41,085 nucleotides of DNA from a virus. The notes beneath the pieces are model-generated. The model made no database searches, had not been told where the DNA came from, and worked only from the letters and a program-made list of their open reading frames with translations. The DNA is taken from UHGV virus genome UHGV-0335424; one strand, given 5' to 3'. Positions 8,470 to 18,750 of this stretch are shown here, piece after piece. Each line of letters begins with the position of its first letter. Position 1 is the first letter of the stretch. Position numbers and translations under genes: made by a program.

Positions 8470-8982
8470 ATGGAAGCACTAAAAGGTATTGATGTCATTT
8501 TGCTTTATCGCTTATTGAAAAAAGAAACTCAGGAAGCTGCTTGGAAAATGGCATTTCAAACAGAACACGAAAATGGTTTATCAAGAGATTCAGACTCTAC
8601 AGTGACAAAAGACGGAAACGTTCAAAGTTTAAGTCCAGTTGAATATGATTTTTCGGCTACTTCAATAGTTGCTAAAGGAGATTCTCATGTAGATGAAATG
8701 AAACAAGCCTTATTAAATGGCGATATCATTGAAATTTGGGAAATCAACAAAGCAGAACAGGGAACAGATGATAATGCAAATAAGTACAAAGCTACTTATT
8801 ACCAAGCATATGTGTCTGAATTTACTCCATCGGCTGCTGCAGAGGATAACGTTGAATTAAGTTTATCATTTGCAGTAAATGGTGTTGGTCAAGATGGTTA
8901 TGCAACCTTGACAGAAGATCAAGCCGATGTTGTTCAATATGCATTCAAAGATACCGTGAAAGCAACTTCGACAGGAGCATAA
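8470..8982 (+). CDS. Major tail protein.
   Basis: RBS TAGGAGGAAGAAC followed by ATG at 8470. 170 aa, acidic. Followed by a terminator-like hairpin. The ORF-track start at 8431 lacks an RBS. Confidence 0.7.
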   Translation: MEALKGIDVILLYRLLKKETQEAAWKMAFQTEHENGLSRDSDSTVTKDGNVQSLSPVEYDFSATSIVAKGDSHVDEMKQALLNGDIIEIWEINKAEQGTDDNANKYKATYYQAYVSEFTPSAAAEDNVELSLSFAVNGVGQDGYATLTEDQADVVQYAFKDTVKATSTGA

Positions 8983-9010
8983 GAGGGCTTAGATGCTCTC
9001 TTTTTTATTT
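8980..9010 (+). terminator. Putative terminator / attenuator after the major tail gene.
   Basis: Imperfect hairpin AAGAGGGC…GCTCTCTT followed by TTTTTTATTTT. Confidence 0.35.
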
Positions 9011-9027
9011 TAGGAGGATGAAAAACA

Positions 9028-9396
9028 TTGAAATTAAAAATTAAAGGTAAAGAATATTCGTTTAAATTTGGCACTAAATTTGTACGTGAATTAGACAAAG
9101 TGATGCCTTTCATCGATGGAAATATGGAATTCGGAATGGGACTCTCAGCAAAAGTCTTACCGGAATTACGTTCTTATAATGTCAACACGTTGTCACGAGT
9201 CTTAGAAATAGCAAATAGAACAGAAGAAGAAACTATTACGTTGGATGAAATGGATGATTACATCGATGAAGTTAAAGACATCGAAAAATTGTTTGATGAA
9301 GTCCTAAAAGAATTGGCGGAGTCGAACGCGGGAAAGTTAGCGGTCCGAAACCTGAATCAGAAATTGAAAGAAGCGGAAAAACAACAAGCGGAATAG
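9028..9396 (+). CDS. Tail assembly chaperone, gpG-like.
   Basis: TTG start after AGGAGG. 122 aa, acidic. Immediately upstream of the -1-frame ORF and the tape measure gene. Confidence 0.7.
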   Translation: MKLKIKGKEYSFKFGTKFVRELDKVMPFIDGNMEFGMGLSAKVLPELRSYNVNTLSRVLEIANRTEEETITLDEMDDYIDEVKDIEKLFDEVLKELAESNAGKLAVRNLNQKLKEAEKQQAE

Positions 9397-9737
9397 ATTC
9401 TGCACTGGCATACGAACAAATTCTTATCAATTCTTTTCGATATTTGGGAATGACCAATATCTCAGATATCGAAAGAATGACTTTATATGAATACAACATT
9501 CGTATGACTGCAGCCCAGTTATCTTGGCTTGACAAAGAAAAGTTGATTCACGAATTAGCGTGGGCAAATCAGCAAGTCCAAGCGGAGAAAAAAGTAGGCA
9601 AAAAGACAGTTCCTGTATATCGATCCTTTGAAGAATTCTTCAATTATCAAAAAATCGAAGATTCAATCATGGGAGTTTCCGAACTTTCAAAACAAGATAA
9701 AAAATTCCAAAGCTTACTAACTAAAGCTAACTCTTGA
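9300..9737 (+). CDS. Tail assembly chaperone gpT-like segment, expressed as a G-T fusion via -1 frameshift at G_GGA_AAG (9330..9336).
   Basis: The -1 frame is open from 9300 and has no RBS or credible start. A canonical slippery heptamer sits in correct phasing inside G. The ORF ends 17 nt before the tape measure start. Confidence 0.65.
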   Translation, partial: SPKRIGGVERGKVSGPKPESEIERSGKTTSGIDSALAYEQILINSFRYLGMTNISDIERMTLYEYNIRMTAAQLSWLDKEKLIHELAWANQQVQAEKKVGKKTVPVYRSFEEFFNYQKIEDSIMGVSELSKQDKKFQSLLTKANS

Positions 9738-9753
9738 GGAAAGGAGGAAAATC

Positions 9754-12576
9754 ATGGAACAATTTTCTGTTGAAGCCTTATTAAAAGCCACAGATAGTGG
9801 ATTTGTAAAGACTTTTAAAGATGCACAAGATGCTGTTAAAACTTTTGAAAAGAATTCAAATAGTATGACAACCGCTGTTGGTAAAGTGATGCAAGGTACT
9901 GGTGCCGCAATGACAAAGTATATTACCACACCTCTTATAGGAGTAGGCGTAGCAGCTGCTAAAGTTGGTGGTGACTTTGAAGCACAAATGAGTCGTGTAA
10001 AAGCTATATCGGGAGCAACTGGCGACACATTCGAACAGATGAAACAGCAAGCGATTGATCTAGGAGCAAAAACTGCTTTTAGCGCAAAAGAATCAGCTGC
10101 TGGAATGGAAAACTTAGCTTCTGCTGGATTTAGCGCACAAGAAATCATGAAAGCAATGCCGGGTCTTTTAGACTTAGCAGCTGTATCTGGAGGGGATGTG
10201 GCTCTAGCTTCTGAAAATACTGCTACTGCTTTGAGAGGATTTGGTTTAGAAGCAAGTGAAGCAGGACATGTCGCTGATGTATTTGCTCGTGCTGCTGCGG
10301 ATACCAATGCTGAAGTTGGAGACATGGGAGAGGCATTGAAGTATGTTGCTCCTGTAGCCAATTCAATGGGTATTTCTTTGGAAGAAACTGCAGCAGCTAT
10401 TGGTATTATGAGTGACGCAGGCATTAAGGGTTCTCAAGCAGGTACAACGTTGCGAGGAGCATTGTCTAGGTTAGCAAGGCCAACAAAGGCTATGCAAGAT
10501 ACAATGGATAATTTAGGTGTTTCGTTTTATGATGCTGACGGTAAAATGAAACCTTTAAAAACTCAAGTAGAATTACTTAAAAAAGCTTTTGAAGGCCTGA
10601 CGCCTGAACAACAACAAAATGCTTTAGTAACACTATATGGGCAAGAATCATTATCAGGGATGATGGCTTTGATTGATAAAGGACCTGATTCATTGGGCAA
10701 ATTAACAAAATCTCTGAAAGATTCTGATGGTGCAGCTGACGATATGGCTCGGACCATGCAAGATAATATGAATTCTTCCATCGAGCAAATGTTTGGAGCT
10801 TTTGAGTCAGCAGCTATTGTGATTCAAAAGATTCTAGCACCATCCATCAGAAAAGTAGCAGATGCTATTTCTGGCTTAGTAGAGAAATTTGTGAGTGCAC
10901 CAGAATCAACTCAAAAATTAGTGGTTGCTATCGGCTTAATCGTTGCTGCTATAGGACCGTTAATTTTTATGATTGGTTCAGTAATTATATGGATCAATAA
11001 GGTGAAAGTAGCTTTTAAAGCTTTAAGTGAAAGTTCAAAATTGTTTAGTGGATTAAGTAAAGCAATGGGTCTTCTTACAAATCCGGTTTTTCTGGTTATA
11101 GCTGCGGTAGCACTACTTGTTGTAGGTTTCATCTATCTTTGGAATACGAGTGAAGATTTTAGAAACTTTTGGATTGGCTTATGGGAGGGAATCAAGTCTG
11201 CTGTAAGCTCGGCAGTAGAATGGATTCAGAATGCATGGAAATCTACAGGAGAATGGTTTAACAATTTATGGAAGTCCATTAAAGAAGGCGCAGACAATGT
11301 TTGGACTACAATTCAAGAAGCCCCTGGAAAAGCGGCAGATTGGATCAAGAATAAATGGACTGAAACAAAAGAGTTCTTTTCGAGTATATGGGATGGCATC
11401 AAAGAAGCTGCCAGTTCCGCTTGGGAAGGAATTGTAAACATTCTAGCACCGTATGTTATTGCCATAAAAAATGTCTTTCAGCCAATGATTGATTTCTTTA
11501 CGAACCTATGGTCTCAAATTGGATCAATCGCAGGATCTGCATGGGAAATTATAAAAACTGCTGTAATGGGTCCAATTCTACTTTTGATTGATTTGATAAC
11601 AGGCAATTTTAATCAGTTAAAAGAAGATGCATCGATGCTGTGGACTACATTAACTACAAATATCCAAAACATTATCACAACGTTTGTAGATATAGTTGTT
11701 GGTTATTACACAGCCTTAAAGGATACTGTGATAAATATCTGGAATGTGTTGACTTCTACCATCAAAGATGTGTGGAATTCTTTTACCACATGGATCAAAG
11801 AGACAACTAACAATATTGTAAATAGTATTAAACAGGGATGGAATAACCTAAAACAAGGGACAATCGATCTGTTTAATAATATGATTCAAGGAGCGAAAGA
11901 TTTATGGAATTCTTTCAAAGCTTGGTTTATTAATCTAGTTATTGGAACTAAGGACAACATCATTCAGGGATGGGAAAACCTAAAACAAGGTACTATAGAT
12001 ACTTTCAACAATTTAGTAAATGGTGCTCAAGAGGCATGGGATAATTTAGTAAATGCTGTTAGTGATACGGTGGATAGAGTAACTGGCTGGTTTGATAACT
12101 TGAAAAATATCGACTTATTAGCAGCCGGAAAAGCTATCATGGATAGTTTTCTAGAAGGGTTACAAAATGCATGGAAATCTGTGCAAGATTTTGTTGGAGG
12201 TATTGGTGATTGGATTCGTGAACACAAAGGACCTATCCAATACGATAGAAAGCTATTGATTCCAGCTGGTCAGGCTATTATGAATGGTCTGCATAAAGGT
12301 CTGATGGGAGGATTCAATGATGTACAGAATACTGTTGGAAGTATGGCAGACTTTATCGCGGAACTTTTCAATGCAAATCCTGATGTAGATATAGCTGCAA
12401 ATCTGAAAAATGCAAATAAAAACATTGGTGCACAAGTTGAACATAAAGTAAATATGGGCGGCTCTACTAAACCAGCTGTATTTAAATTCAATCTTGGAAG
12501 ACAATCGTTTAGATTATTTTTGGACGATATTGCACAAGCTATGGGCGAAGGTGCAGACATTAATCTAGAATTTTAG
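9754..12576 (+). CDS. Tail tape measure protein.
   Basis: 940 aa. N-terminal TP901-type TMP region, central transmembrane segments, and long W/N/K-rich periodic repeats (NxWxxLKxG…). Confidence 0.9.
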   Translation: MEQFSVEALLKATDSGFVKTFKDAQDAVKTFEKNSNSMTTAVGKVMQGTGAAMTKYITTPLIGVGVAAAKVGGDFEAQMSRVKAISGATGDTFEQMKQQAIDLGAKTAFSAKESAAGMENLASAGFSAQEIMKAMPGLLDLAAVSGGDVALASENTATALRGFGLEASEAGHVADVFARAAADTNAEVGDMGEALKYVAPVANSMGISLEETAAAIGIMSDAGIKGSQAGTTLRGALSRLARPTKAMQDTMDNLGVSFYDADGKMKPLKTQVELLKKAFEGLTPEQQQNALVTLYGQESLSGMMALIDKGPDSLGKLTKSLKDSDGAADDMARTMQDNMNSSIEQMFGAFESAAIVIQKILAPSIRKVADAISGLVEKFVSAPESTQKLVVAIGLIVAAIGPLIFMIGSVIIWINKVKVAFKALSESSKLFSGLSKAMGLLTNPVFLVIAAVALLVVGFIYLWNTSEDFRNFWIGLWEGIKSAVSSAVEWIQNAWKSTGEWFNNLWKSIKEGADNVWTTIQEAPGKAADWIKNKWTETKEFFSSIWDGIKEAASSAWEGIVNILAPYVIAIKNVFQPMIDFFTNLWSQIGSIAGSAWEIIKTAVMGPILLLIDLITGNFNQLKEDASMLWTTLTTNIQNIITTFVDIVVGYYTALKDTVINIWNVLTSTIKDVWNSFTTWIKETTNNIVNSIKQGWNNLKQGTIDLFNNMIQGAKDLWNSFKAWFINLVIGTKDNIIQGWENLKQGTIDTFNNLVNGAQEAWDNLVNAVSDTVDRVTGWFDNLKNIDLLAAGKAIMDSFLEGLQNAWKSVQDFVGGIGDWIREHKGPIQYDRKLLIPAGQAIMNGLHKGLMGGFNDVQNTVGSMADFIAELFNANPDVDIAANLKNANKNIGAQVEHKVNMGGSTKPAVFKFNLGRQSFRLFLDDIAQAMGEGADINLEF

Positions 12577-12587
12577 GAGGGAATATT

Positions 12588-13376
12588 TTGGATCAGCGAG
12601 AAAATAAAATGTACTCATTCAAAGATACAACCATTAATCTCACTAGTTCTAAACGATTCCTTCCGACGTCTGCCATGATGTACGATGGAATGTATTTAGA
12701 AGATTTGATTGAGGGGTATCAAACACTCACGGTGGAAGGTAGAGAAATGCTTTCTGTAGAAGTTGAACAGCAAGATATACAAATTGGTTCAATCATTACA
12801 AATCAGAAAATACCTTCAAGAACACTAAAAATAACATACAAGTTGGAAGACAGAGATCCAGAAAAACTACAGTTTAAATTCAAAGAGCTGTTGAATTATT
12901 TATACCGGAATGAAGACGTGGAAATTAGGTTTCATGATGAATTAGATTTTTATTACTACGGTCGCTATACATCAACTGATACTGTTCCAGGAGACTCCAA
13001 CTCTATTATTTCGAGTTTTAATGTATTCTGTGCGGATCCACTAAAGTATACGAAAGAATGTGTTAGTGATGGCTATATTGGAAATCCGATACAGTTTCCT
13101 ATAACACCAAGAAAAATTGAAGTTACTTTATCCATGAATAATTCAATCAAAATTACAAACGGAGAACAAAATATCACGATAACTGATGCGGCAATAAAAA
13201 CAGGAGACGTGTTGGTTTTTGATTTTTCCGATGAGCAGGTAACTGTAAACGGAGAAGATTGTACTTCTATGATTGATTTAGAAAGTGATTTTGAGAACTT
13301 TTATCTTAAGCAAGGTCAGAAGATAACTAGCAATAATGGGAAGCTTAAAATATTCTATAGGGGGGCGACAATTTGA
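12588..13376 (+). CDS. Distal tail protein (Dit).
   Basis: 262 aa immediately after the tape measure gene. TTG start after AGGAGGG; an ATG at 12609 is an alternative. Siphovirus tail-component-like N-terminus. Confidence 0.75.
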   Translation: MDQRENKMYSFKDTTINLTSSKRFLPTSAMMYDGMYLEDLIEGYQTLTVEGREMLSVEVEQQDIQIGSIITNQKIPSRTLKITYKLEDRDPEKLQFKFKELLNYLYRNEDVEIRFHDELDFYYYGRYTSTDTVPGDSNSIISSFNVFCADPLKYTKECVSDGYIGNPIQFPITPRKIEVTLSMNNSIKITNGEQNITITDAAIKTGDVLVFDFSDEQVTVNGEDCTSMIDLESDFENFYLKQGQKITSNNGKLKIFYRGATI

Positions 13377-16219
13377 GTGAGACAGTTTATTTCTTTGATC
13401 ACTTGCAAAAACTTATTAAAAGGAAAAATACAAGAAGTTTGATTGAAGTCTCCCAAGAAAAAGAAATTAGTTCTGATAAGAGCGATCTAATGAAAGATAC
13501 TCTATACGTTACGACAAAATATGATAAAGAAATAGAGGATGCAAGATATATGGCGATTCGTGAAAACGAGTCGTCTTTTTCGTTGTATCGAATTACTAAA
13601 GTTAGCGACCCATCTGAAACATTAGAGTTTACAGGGTTAGGATTTGCAACAAATGAATTAGATGCTTACATCATCAAAGATATTAGACCGAGTGGGCAGC
13701 CCTTAAAAAATGTCCTTGATCGATTGATTGAATTTACTGAAGGAAATTGGCGCGTTGGTCACGTAGAAGCAATGTTACCAGCAGTAACTGCAACTTTTTA
13801 CTATGTCTCTGTAAAAGAAGCGTTGAAAGAATTGCAAACCTTAGGTATGGAATTTGTCTTTAGGTGTTCTTTGAATTCTGATGGAATAAAGGATAAATGG
13901 ATCGAAGTATATGAACAAATTGGTGAAGAATCGAATACACGTTTTGTATATGGTAGTAAAGCATTAACAGTTGTAAGAGAGATAGATCGAAGCTCAATCT
14001 CAACTTCAATGATAGGTCGCGGGCGAGGCGAAGAGGTCGGCGACGGATACGGTAGAAGAATTGAATTCACTGATGTTGAATGGAAAAAGTCGAATGGTGA
14101 TCCTTTAGATAAGCCTAAAGGCCAAAATTGGCTTGAAGATCCGGAAGCAACTCAAAAGTATGGGATACCACAAAAAGATGGATCAATGAGAAAACGAGAA
14201 ACCGTAGTAGTGTTTGATGATATAGATGATCCAACAGAATTACTTAAAAATACTTATTCAACCTTAATCGATTCTGCTAGACCGTTAGTACAATTCAAAG
14301 CTGAAGTCACTGGAGGAGATGTGATAGGAAATACAGTGACTATTCACAGATACGATAAAGGTTATCACTATAAAACTCGTATTTATAAAACTACATTCAA
14401 TCGGCTTACCGGTCAAACGAATATCGAACTAGGGGATAATTTAACACAAGATGTTAGAAAACAAACGGCTTCTATTGTCAATAATATTAATAGTTTAGAA
14501 TCTAGCAAAATGACATTTTACGAATCAACAGAGATTGGAAAATATCAAGATGACATTATGCGAGGCGCAGGAGATAATGGCGGTTCTATTTATTGGGTAA
14601 ATGGAATTGAATCTGGTGTTAGTGATAGTAGAGAAATCTATGAAACTGTTTATATGGATGGACCTAACATTCCTAGATCACGCTTTTTTATGGTCCAAAA
14701 TAACTCAGGAATATCTTTCAAACAGTGTAAAAAAGGTGAATGGCAAACAATCCAAGATGTACACAATGGCGATAGCACGACCGCGTGGACGTTGGATGGA
14801 ACTTTCAATGCTAATTTTATTAAAGCAGGAATTCTTTCAGGTATTCTCGTGCAAGGGGTAGCTTTAAAGACATTGGATGATAAAGATTTCCAATTAGTGG
14901 CAGAAGGAGGACAACTTTCTTTTGAAAAAAAGGTCATTTCAACTGGGCTTGACGATGTTCACGGAGAATCGCTTGGATCCATCGTAGCAACTTATGGAGG
15001 CGGAAAAATAAATGGGTTTGCTGTATGGAAAGAACCAAACTATATTTTTTCCATTAACGCTGGGGACGGCGGCGATCGAGGGAATCCTGTTTTTCAAATT
15101 CCAGCAGACGTTACTGCTGATAAGCGCAAATATAATCTTTACGGTGATGGTAAATTTTCAGAAGGAAATATAACCATAGATGGCCGTCTAGATGTCAAAG
15201 AATTATATGTGAACGGCGTTAAAATCGATACAAACGGTGGAGGCAATACTGGAGGAGACAATACTGGAGGAAACGATAACGGTTGGAATGGACAATATCC
15301 ACCAGAAGTAACTACCGATCGGGATAAACGTTATTGGCAGATTTGGGCAATGGCAATAGGTGCTGGCTTTACTAAACAAGCTGCTGCAGCCTTACTTGGA
15401 AATGCTCAAGGAGAATCAGATGCTAATCCAACCGCCGATGAGGGCAATGGCGCACCAGGATTCGGTTATGGTGTATGGCAATGGACGAATTCCACAGGCG
15501 CAACTAGCGGACGTGTTTACATGATCAATTTAATGACAAAGGCTGGCATCAGTGATGATCCAGACACGATCACGGCACAGTTCAAATTGTTGATGTGGCA
15601 TGCACCAAATGGTCAATGGATCGCAACTAGCGCTTATCCTTATACATGGACACAATTCATGAATCTGACCGATATCAACACAGCAGCACAAGCATTCGTG
15701 GCTAACTTTGAACGTCCACGTGATCCACATCCAGAACGGACGACATGGGCACAAGAATGGTACGACAAATTCAAAGATTTGGAAATTCCTGCATCAAAAG
15801 GGTATATAAAACCAATTGCAGATCCAATCAGAGTGACGAGTGAATTTGGCTGGCGCACTTCTCCAATTACAGGCGCACAAGAATTTCATAACGGTATTGA
15901 CCTTGTAAATGGAAATCCTAATACACCTATTTTTGCATCAGCAGATGGCGAAGTGATTGTTGCAGGGGATGCAAACTATTATGACTGGTATGGAAATTGG
16001 ACAGTAATCAAACACGCTGATGGAATGTATACAGGCTATGCTCATCAAAGCCGTGTGGATGTCTCAAAAGGACAAAAAGTAACTGCTGGTCAGCAAATTG
16101 GGCTGATGGGAACAACTGGACCATCAACTGGAGAACATCTTCATTTCCAATTTATGGATGAATTTTATCCATCTTCTTCTGGCCATTTTCATAATGCAAG
16201 AGACTATATTAATTTCTAA
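13373..16219 (+). CDS. Tail-associated lysin (Tal) with a lysozyme-like segment and a C-terminal M23 (LytM) peptidase domain.
   Basis: 948 aa. N-terminal prophage-tail endopeptidase-like region. M23 motifs are present (HNGIDL, EHLHFQF). A Gly-rich linker (GGGNTGGDNTGGNDNG) separates the regions. Confidence 0.85.
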   Translation: MSETVYFFDHLQKLIKRKNTRSLIEVSQEKEISSDKSDLMKDTLYVTTKYDKEIEDARYMAIRENESSFSLYRITKVSDPSETLEFTGLGFATNELDAYIIKDIRPSGQPLKNVLDRLIEFTEGNWRVGHVEAMLPAVTATFYYVSVKEALKELQTLGMEFVFRCSLNSDGIKDKWIEVYEQIGEESNTRFVYGSKALTVVREIDRSSISTSMIGRGRGEEVGDGYGRRIEFTDVEWKKSNGDPLDKPKGQNWLEDPEATQKYGIPQKDGSMRKRETVVVFDDIDDPTELLKNTYSTLIDSARPLVQFKAEVTGGDVIGNTVTIHRYDKGYHYKTRIYKTTFNRLTGQTNIELGDNLTQDVRKQTASIVNNINSLESSKMTFYESTEIGKYQDDIMRGAGDNGGSIYWVNGIESGVSDSREIYETVYMDGPNIPRSRFFMVQNNSGISFKQCKKGEWQTIQDVHNGDSTTAWTLDGTFNANFIKAGILSGILVQGVALKTLDDKDFQLVAEGGQLSFEKKVISTGLDDVHGESLGSIVATYGGGKINGFAVWKEPNYIFSINAGDGGDRGNPVFQIPADVTADKRKYNLYGDGKFSEGNITIDGRLDVKELYVNGVKIDTNGGGNTGGDNTGGNDNGWNGQYPPEVTTDRDKRYWQIWAMAIGAGFTKQAAAALLGNAQGESDANPTADEGNGAPGFGYGVWQWTNSTGATSGRVYMINLMTKAGISDDPDTITAQFKLLMWHAPNGQWIATSAYPYTWTQFMNLTDINTAAQAFVANFERPRDPHPERTTWAQEWYDKFKDLEIPASKGYIKPIADPIRVTSEFGWRTSPITGAQEFHNGIDLVNGNPNTPIFASADGEVIVAGDANYYDWYGNWTVIKHADGMYTGYAHQSRVDVSKGQKVTAGQQIGLMGTTGPSTGEHLHFQFMDEFYPSSSGHFHNARDYINF

Positions 16220-16232
16220 AGGAGGGATAGTC

Positions 16233-17978
16233 GTGGCAGAAACGCAACATAAAATGGTCCTATCCACCACAGAACCAAATAACGGAATAAATTTGGTTCG
16301 GATTCGGCAAGGGGATGTTTTAACTCAAAAGTTCGTTGTTGAAGTGGTGGAACATGGCAAACTAAAAACATTCGATGGCCTAGTGCCATTTTTTATTAAT
16401 ACAACAAAATTTGGCGAAAACCAACCTGTTGAACAAAAAGTACAAGAATACAGTCCAGCACAAGCAAGGCTTGTTTACACCTTAAGTGAGCCTGACTGGC
16501 AATGGGGTGGTGAAAACACCGCACATTTCAGTTTCCGATCACTTAATGGTGATGGAACTTGGAGTGAACAATTTAGCACACAGGATTTTACCTATCGAGT
16601 CGTTTCTGGAATATCTAGAAGCCAGTTACGCGACTCTGGCTATGTGTGGACCTTTGAGGATTTGCTAAGAAAATTCAAAGATTACATGGATCAGGGTAAA
16701 AATGACTGGGAGCAGTGGTTAGAAGATAATCGTGAAATACTGGAAAATATCGATCCAGGTGGTACGATCATTAACATTTTGAATGAAGCAAAAGGAGATT
16801 ATGACAGTTTAGCCGCTCGCTTAGACGACATTCAAAATAAAACATTCAATGTTCCTAAAGGTGCAGAACAAGTGCCAATCAAAAGAGACAAACTTTTCTA
16901 CGACAGAGGCGCGTATAACTGGGTTCGTCCTACTAACTTAGATACAGTGATCGCACAAGCGGACAAAACTAAGTTTAACATGGGATTTATGACGGATATC
17001 CACGTCGATTCACACGAGCAATTCTTAGATCACTTCGACCAGAAAGACAAAACAGAACGTCGTTGGAGCATTGTCGGACAATTCAGGACGCTAGAAACCT
17101 TTGCGGACGCGATGGTGTACGGCGGGGATAATATCGACGGATACAGTGGAGGAACAGCGTCGGGTATTTACCCTTATACCGAACAAGAAAGACGCGCGAA
17201 GAACTTACACGTGTTGAAACGCTTTGCTAGCGTAGCGACAGCAGGCGCAGAAGTTCCGATCATTCTTTGCCGTGGTAACCATGAAACAGGTAAAATCCCA
17301 TACGCAAATGACGGACGTTCGCGGCTTGATTCGTTGACAGGTTCGGATATTGCCGTAGCATATGATAGCCGTTACGGTCCTACTTTGTTCCCTAGTAAAA
17401 AAGTTGCAATTTATCGTATTGACACCGACGATTTCGAAGACGCTACGAACTCGCAAGGAAAATTCATCGAGTTTTCTGGATATTACAATGGCGCTGAGTT
17501 CCCTCATGGAAAACTAGGACAAAACCAATTGCATGCCTTTGGACAATGGTTAGAACAACTTGACAGAAGCTATCATGTTGTAATCGTAGGACATGTGCCT
17601 ATGGAAAGAGAAAACGACGTAGCAAACGTGACGAAATTAGGAACCTTACTAGACGGCTTCAAACAAGGAGCAAGCGTGACAATCGACTACAATTCTATGC
17701 AAGGATACAATCCGAACCCAATAGGGCAAAAGACTTACAACTTCGCAACAAAAGGACGCGGAACAGTTGCGGCAATCTTTGCGGGGCATTGGCACTATGA
17801 AACAGTGAAATATCTAGGTACAACGCAAATCATTGTAGGAACAAAAGCCTTCCCTTCCGAAGAGGAATACAACACAGCGAATGAAGCGGGGTTCGCAAAC
17901 GTACAAATTGATACAGCAAAACGTATGATTAAAGTACAAGGCATAGGTCACTATACTAACCGCAACTTCTCGTATTAA
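16233..17978 (+). CDS. Baseplate upper protein: BppU N-terminal domain fused to a calcineurin-like metallophosphoesterase domain.
   Basis: GTG start after AAGGAGGG. N-terminus (…LSTTEPNNGINLVRIRQGDV…YVWTFEDLLRKFKDYMDQGKNDWEQW) resembles TP901-1 BppU_N. C-terminal half has phosphoesterase motifs DIHVD, GGDNIDG, CRGNHE and GHWH. Confidence 0.7.
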   Translation: MAETQHKMVLSTTEPNNGINLVRIRQGDVLTQKFVVEVVEHGKLKTFDGLVPFFINTTKFGENQPVEQKVQEYSPAQARLVYTLSEPDWQWGGENTAHFSFRSLNGDGTWSEQFSTQDFTYRVVSGISRSQLRDSGYVWTFEDLLRKFKDYMDQGKNDWEQWLEDNREILENIDPGGTIINILNEAKGDYDSLAARLDDIQNKTFNVPKGAEQVPIKRDKLFYDRGAYNWVRPTNLDTVIAQADKTKFNMGFMTDIHVDSHEQFLDHFDQKDKTERRWSIVGQFRTLETFADAMVYGGDNIDGYSGGTASGIYPYTEQERRAKNLHVLKRFASVATAGAEVPIILCRGNHETGKIPYANDGRSRLDSLTGSDIAVAYDSRYGPTLFPSKKVAIYRIDTDDFEDATNSQGKFIEFSGYYNGAEFPHGKLGQNQLHAFGQWLEQLDRSYHVVIVGHVPMERENDVANVTKLGTLLDGFKQGASVTIDYNSMQGYNPNPIGQKTYNFATKGRGTVAAIFAGHWHYETVKYLGTTQIIVGTKAFPSEEEYNTANEAGFANVQIDTAKRMIKVQGIGHYTNRNFSY

Positions 17979-17991
17979 GGAGGTTTAAACA

Positions 17992-18750
17992 TTGGAAAAA
18001 GAAACGAAAGAAATGCGCGAGGCTATCGACTGGATTTTACAACAATTAGAAATTCATTTCGATGGCACACCACAACAAGCGCACGTAGACGCTACGCCGT
18101 TAAATGCCGGCTTTTGTACGCCAGAAATCGCAATGAACGCGCGTGGTATTGCTTTGAAGGATAACGAACTAGGTCAGAAGTATACTAACGTGTACGACGT
18201 TCCACCGGGCTTTTATGCCACCACTAACCAATGGTATAAAAACGGACAGATAACGATGTTCGGCGATGGTTCGTTCATGCTACTAGGCGTCATGCAAGAA
18301 CACAACGAGCGTAAATTGTTTTGGGCTTCGGACGGTTACGGCGGAAACATCTACATCGCACGCACGCATGGTAAAGACGGCGGCTATAACAGTCCGGGTT
18401 TCCGAAAAGTCGTGACAACCTTCGAACTATTCAAAGGTGAAAAGCACGGCGTAGGCACAACGATCGAGTTAAACGATAGTATGAAACATTACACTTCCGT
18501 TCGTATTCACATTCAAGGTTGGGGCGGTCAGGTGTACGAAGCAAACAACGTGACTGGGCCAGTTGTCATGTTCACTAACTTATATGACGATGCCGGCGGT
18601 ATGGAAATGTATGAGTTGAAATTAGAACGTGTGACGGATACAAGCTACAAGATCGTTCGTTCTGCTCAAGTAGCAATCACTGAAAATATGAACTACCACA
18701 AAAGCACAAATGCAGAAATCCAAATCGTTAGAATAGAGGGTGTGAAATAA
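17992..18750 (+). CDS. Baseplate / tail structural protein (hypothetical).
   Basis: TTG start after AAGGAGG. 252 aa. Between the BppU-like gene and the receptor-binding protein gene. Confidence 0.45.
   Translation: MEKETKEMREAIDWILQQLEIHFDGTPQQAHVDATPLNAGFCTPEIAMNARGIALKDNELGQKYTNVYDVPPGFYATTNQWYKNGQITMFGDGSFMLLGVMQEHNERKLFWASDGYGGNIYIARTHGKDGGYNSPGFRKVVTTFELFKGEKHGVGTTIELNDSMKHYTSVRIHIQGWGGQVYEANNVTGPVVMFTNLYDDAGGMEMYELKLERVTDTSYKIVRSAQVAITENMNYHKSTNAEIQIVRIEGVK

Noticed and set aside
9717-10424. 235-aa minus-strand ORF inside the tape measure gene.
   Set aside because: An antisense artefact of the Ala-rich tape measure N-terminus. No initiation signals.
14601-14937. Short ORFs on both strands inside Tal; also minus-strand ORFs at 15530..15858.
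   Set aside because: Embedded in a well-supported 948-aa gene. No RBS.
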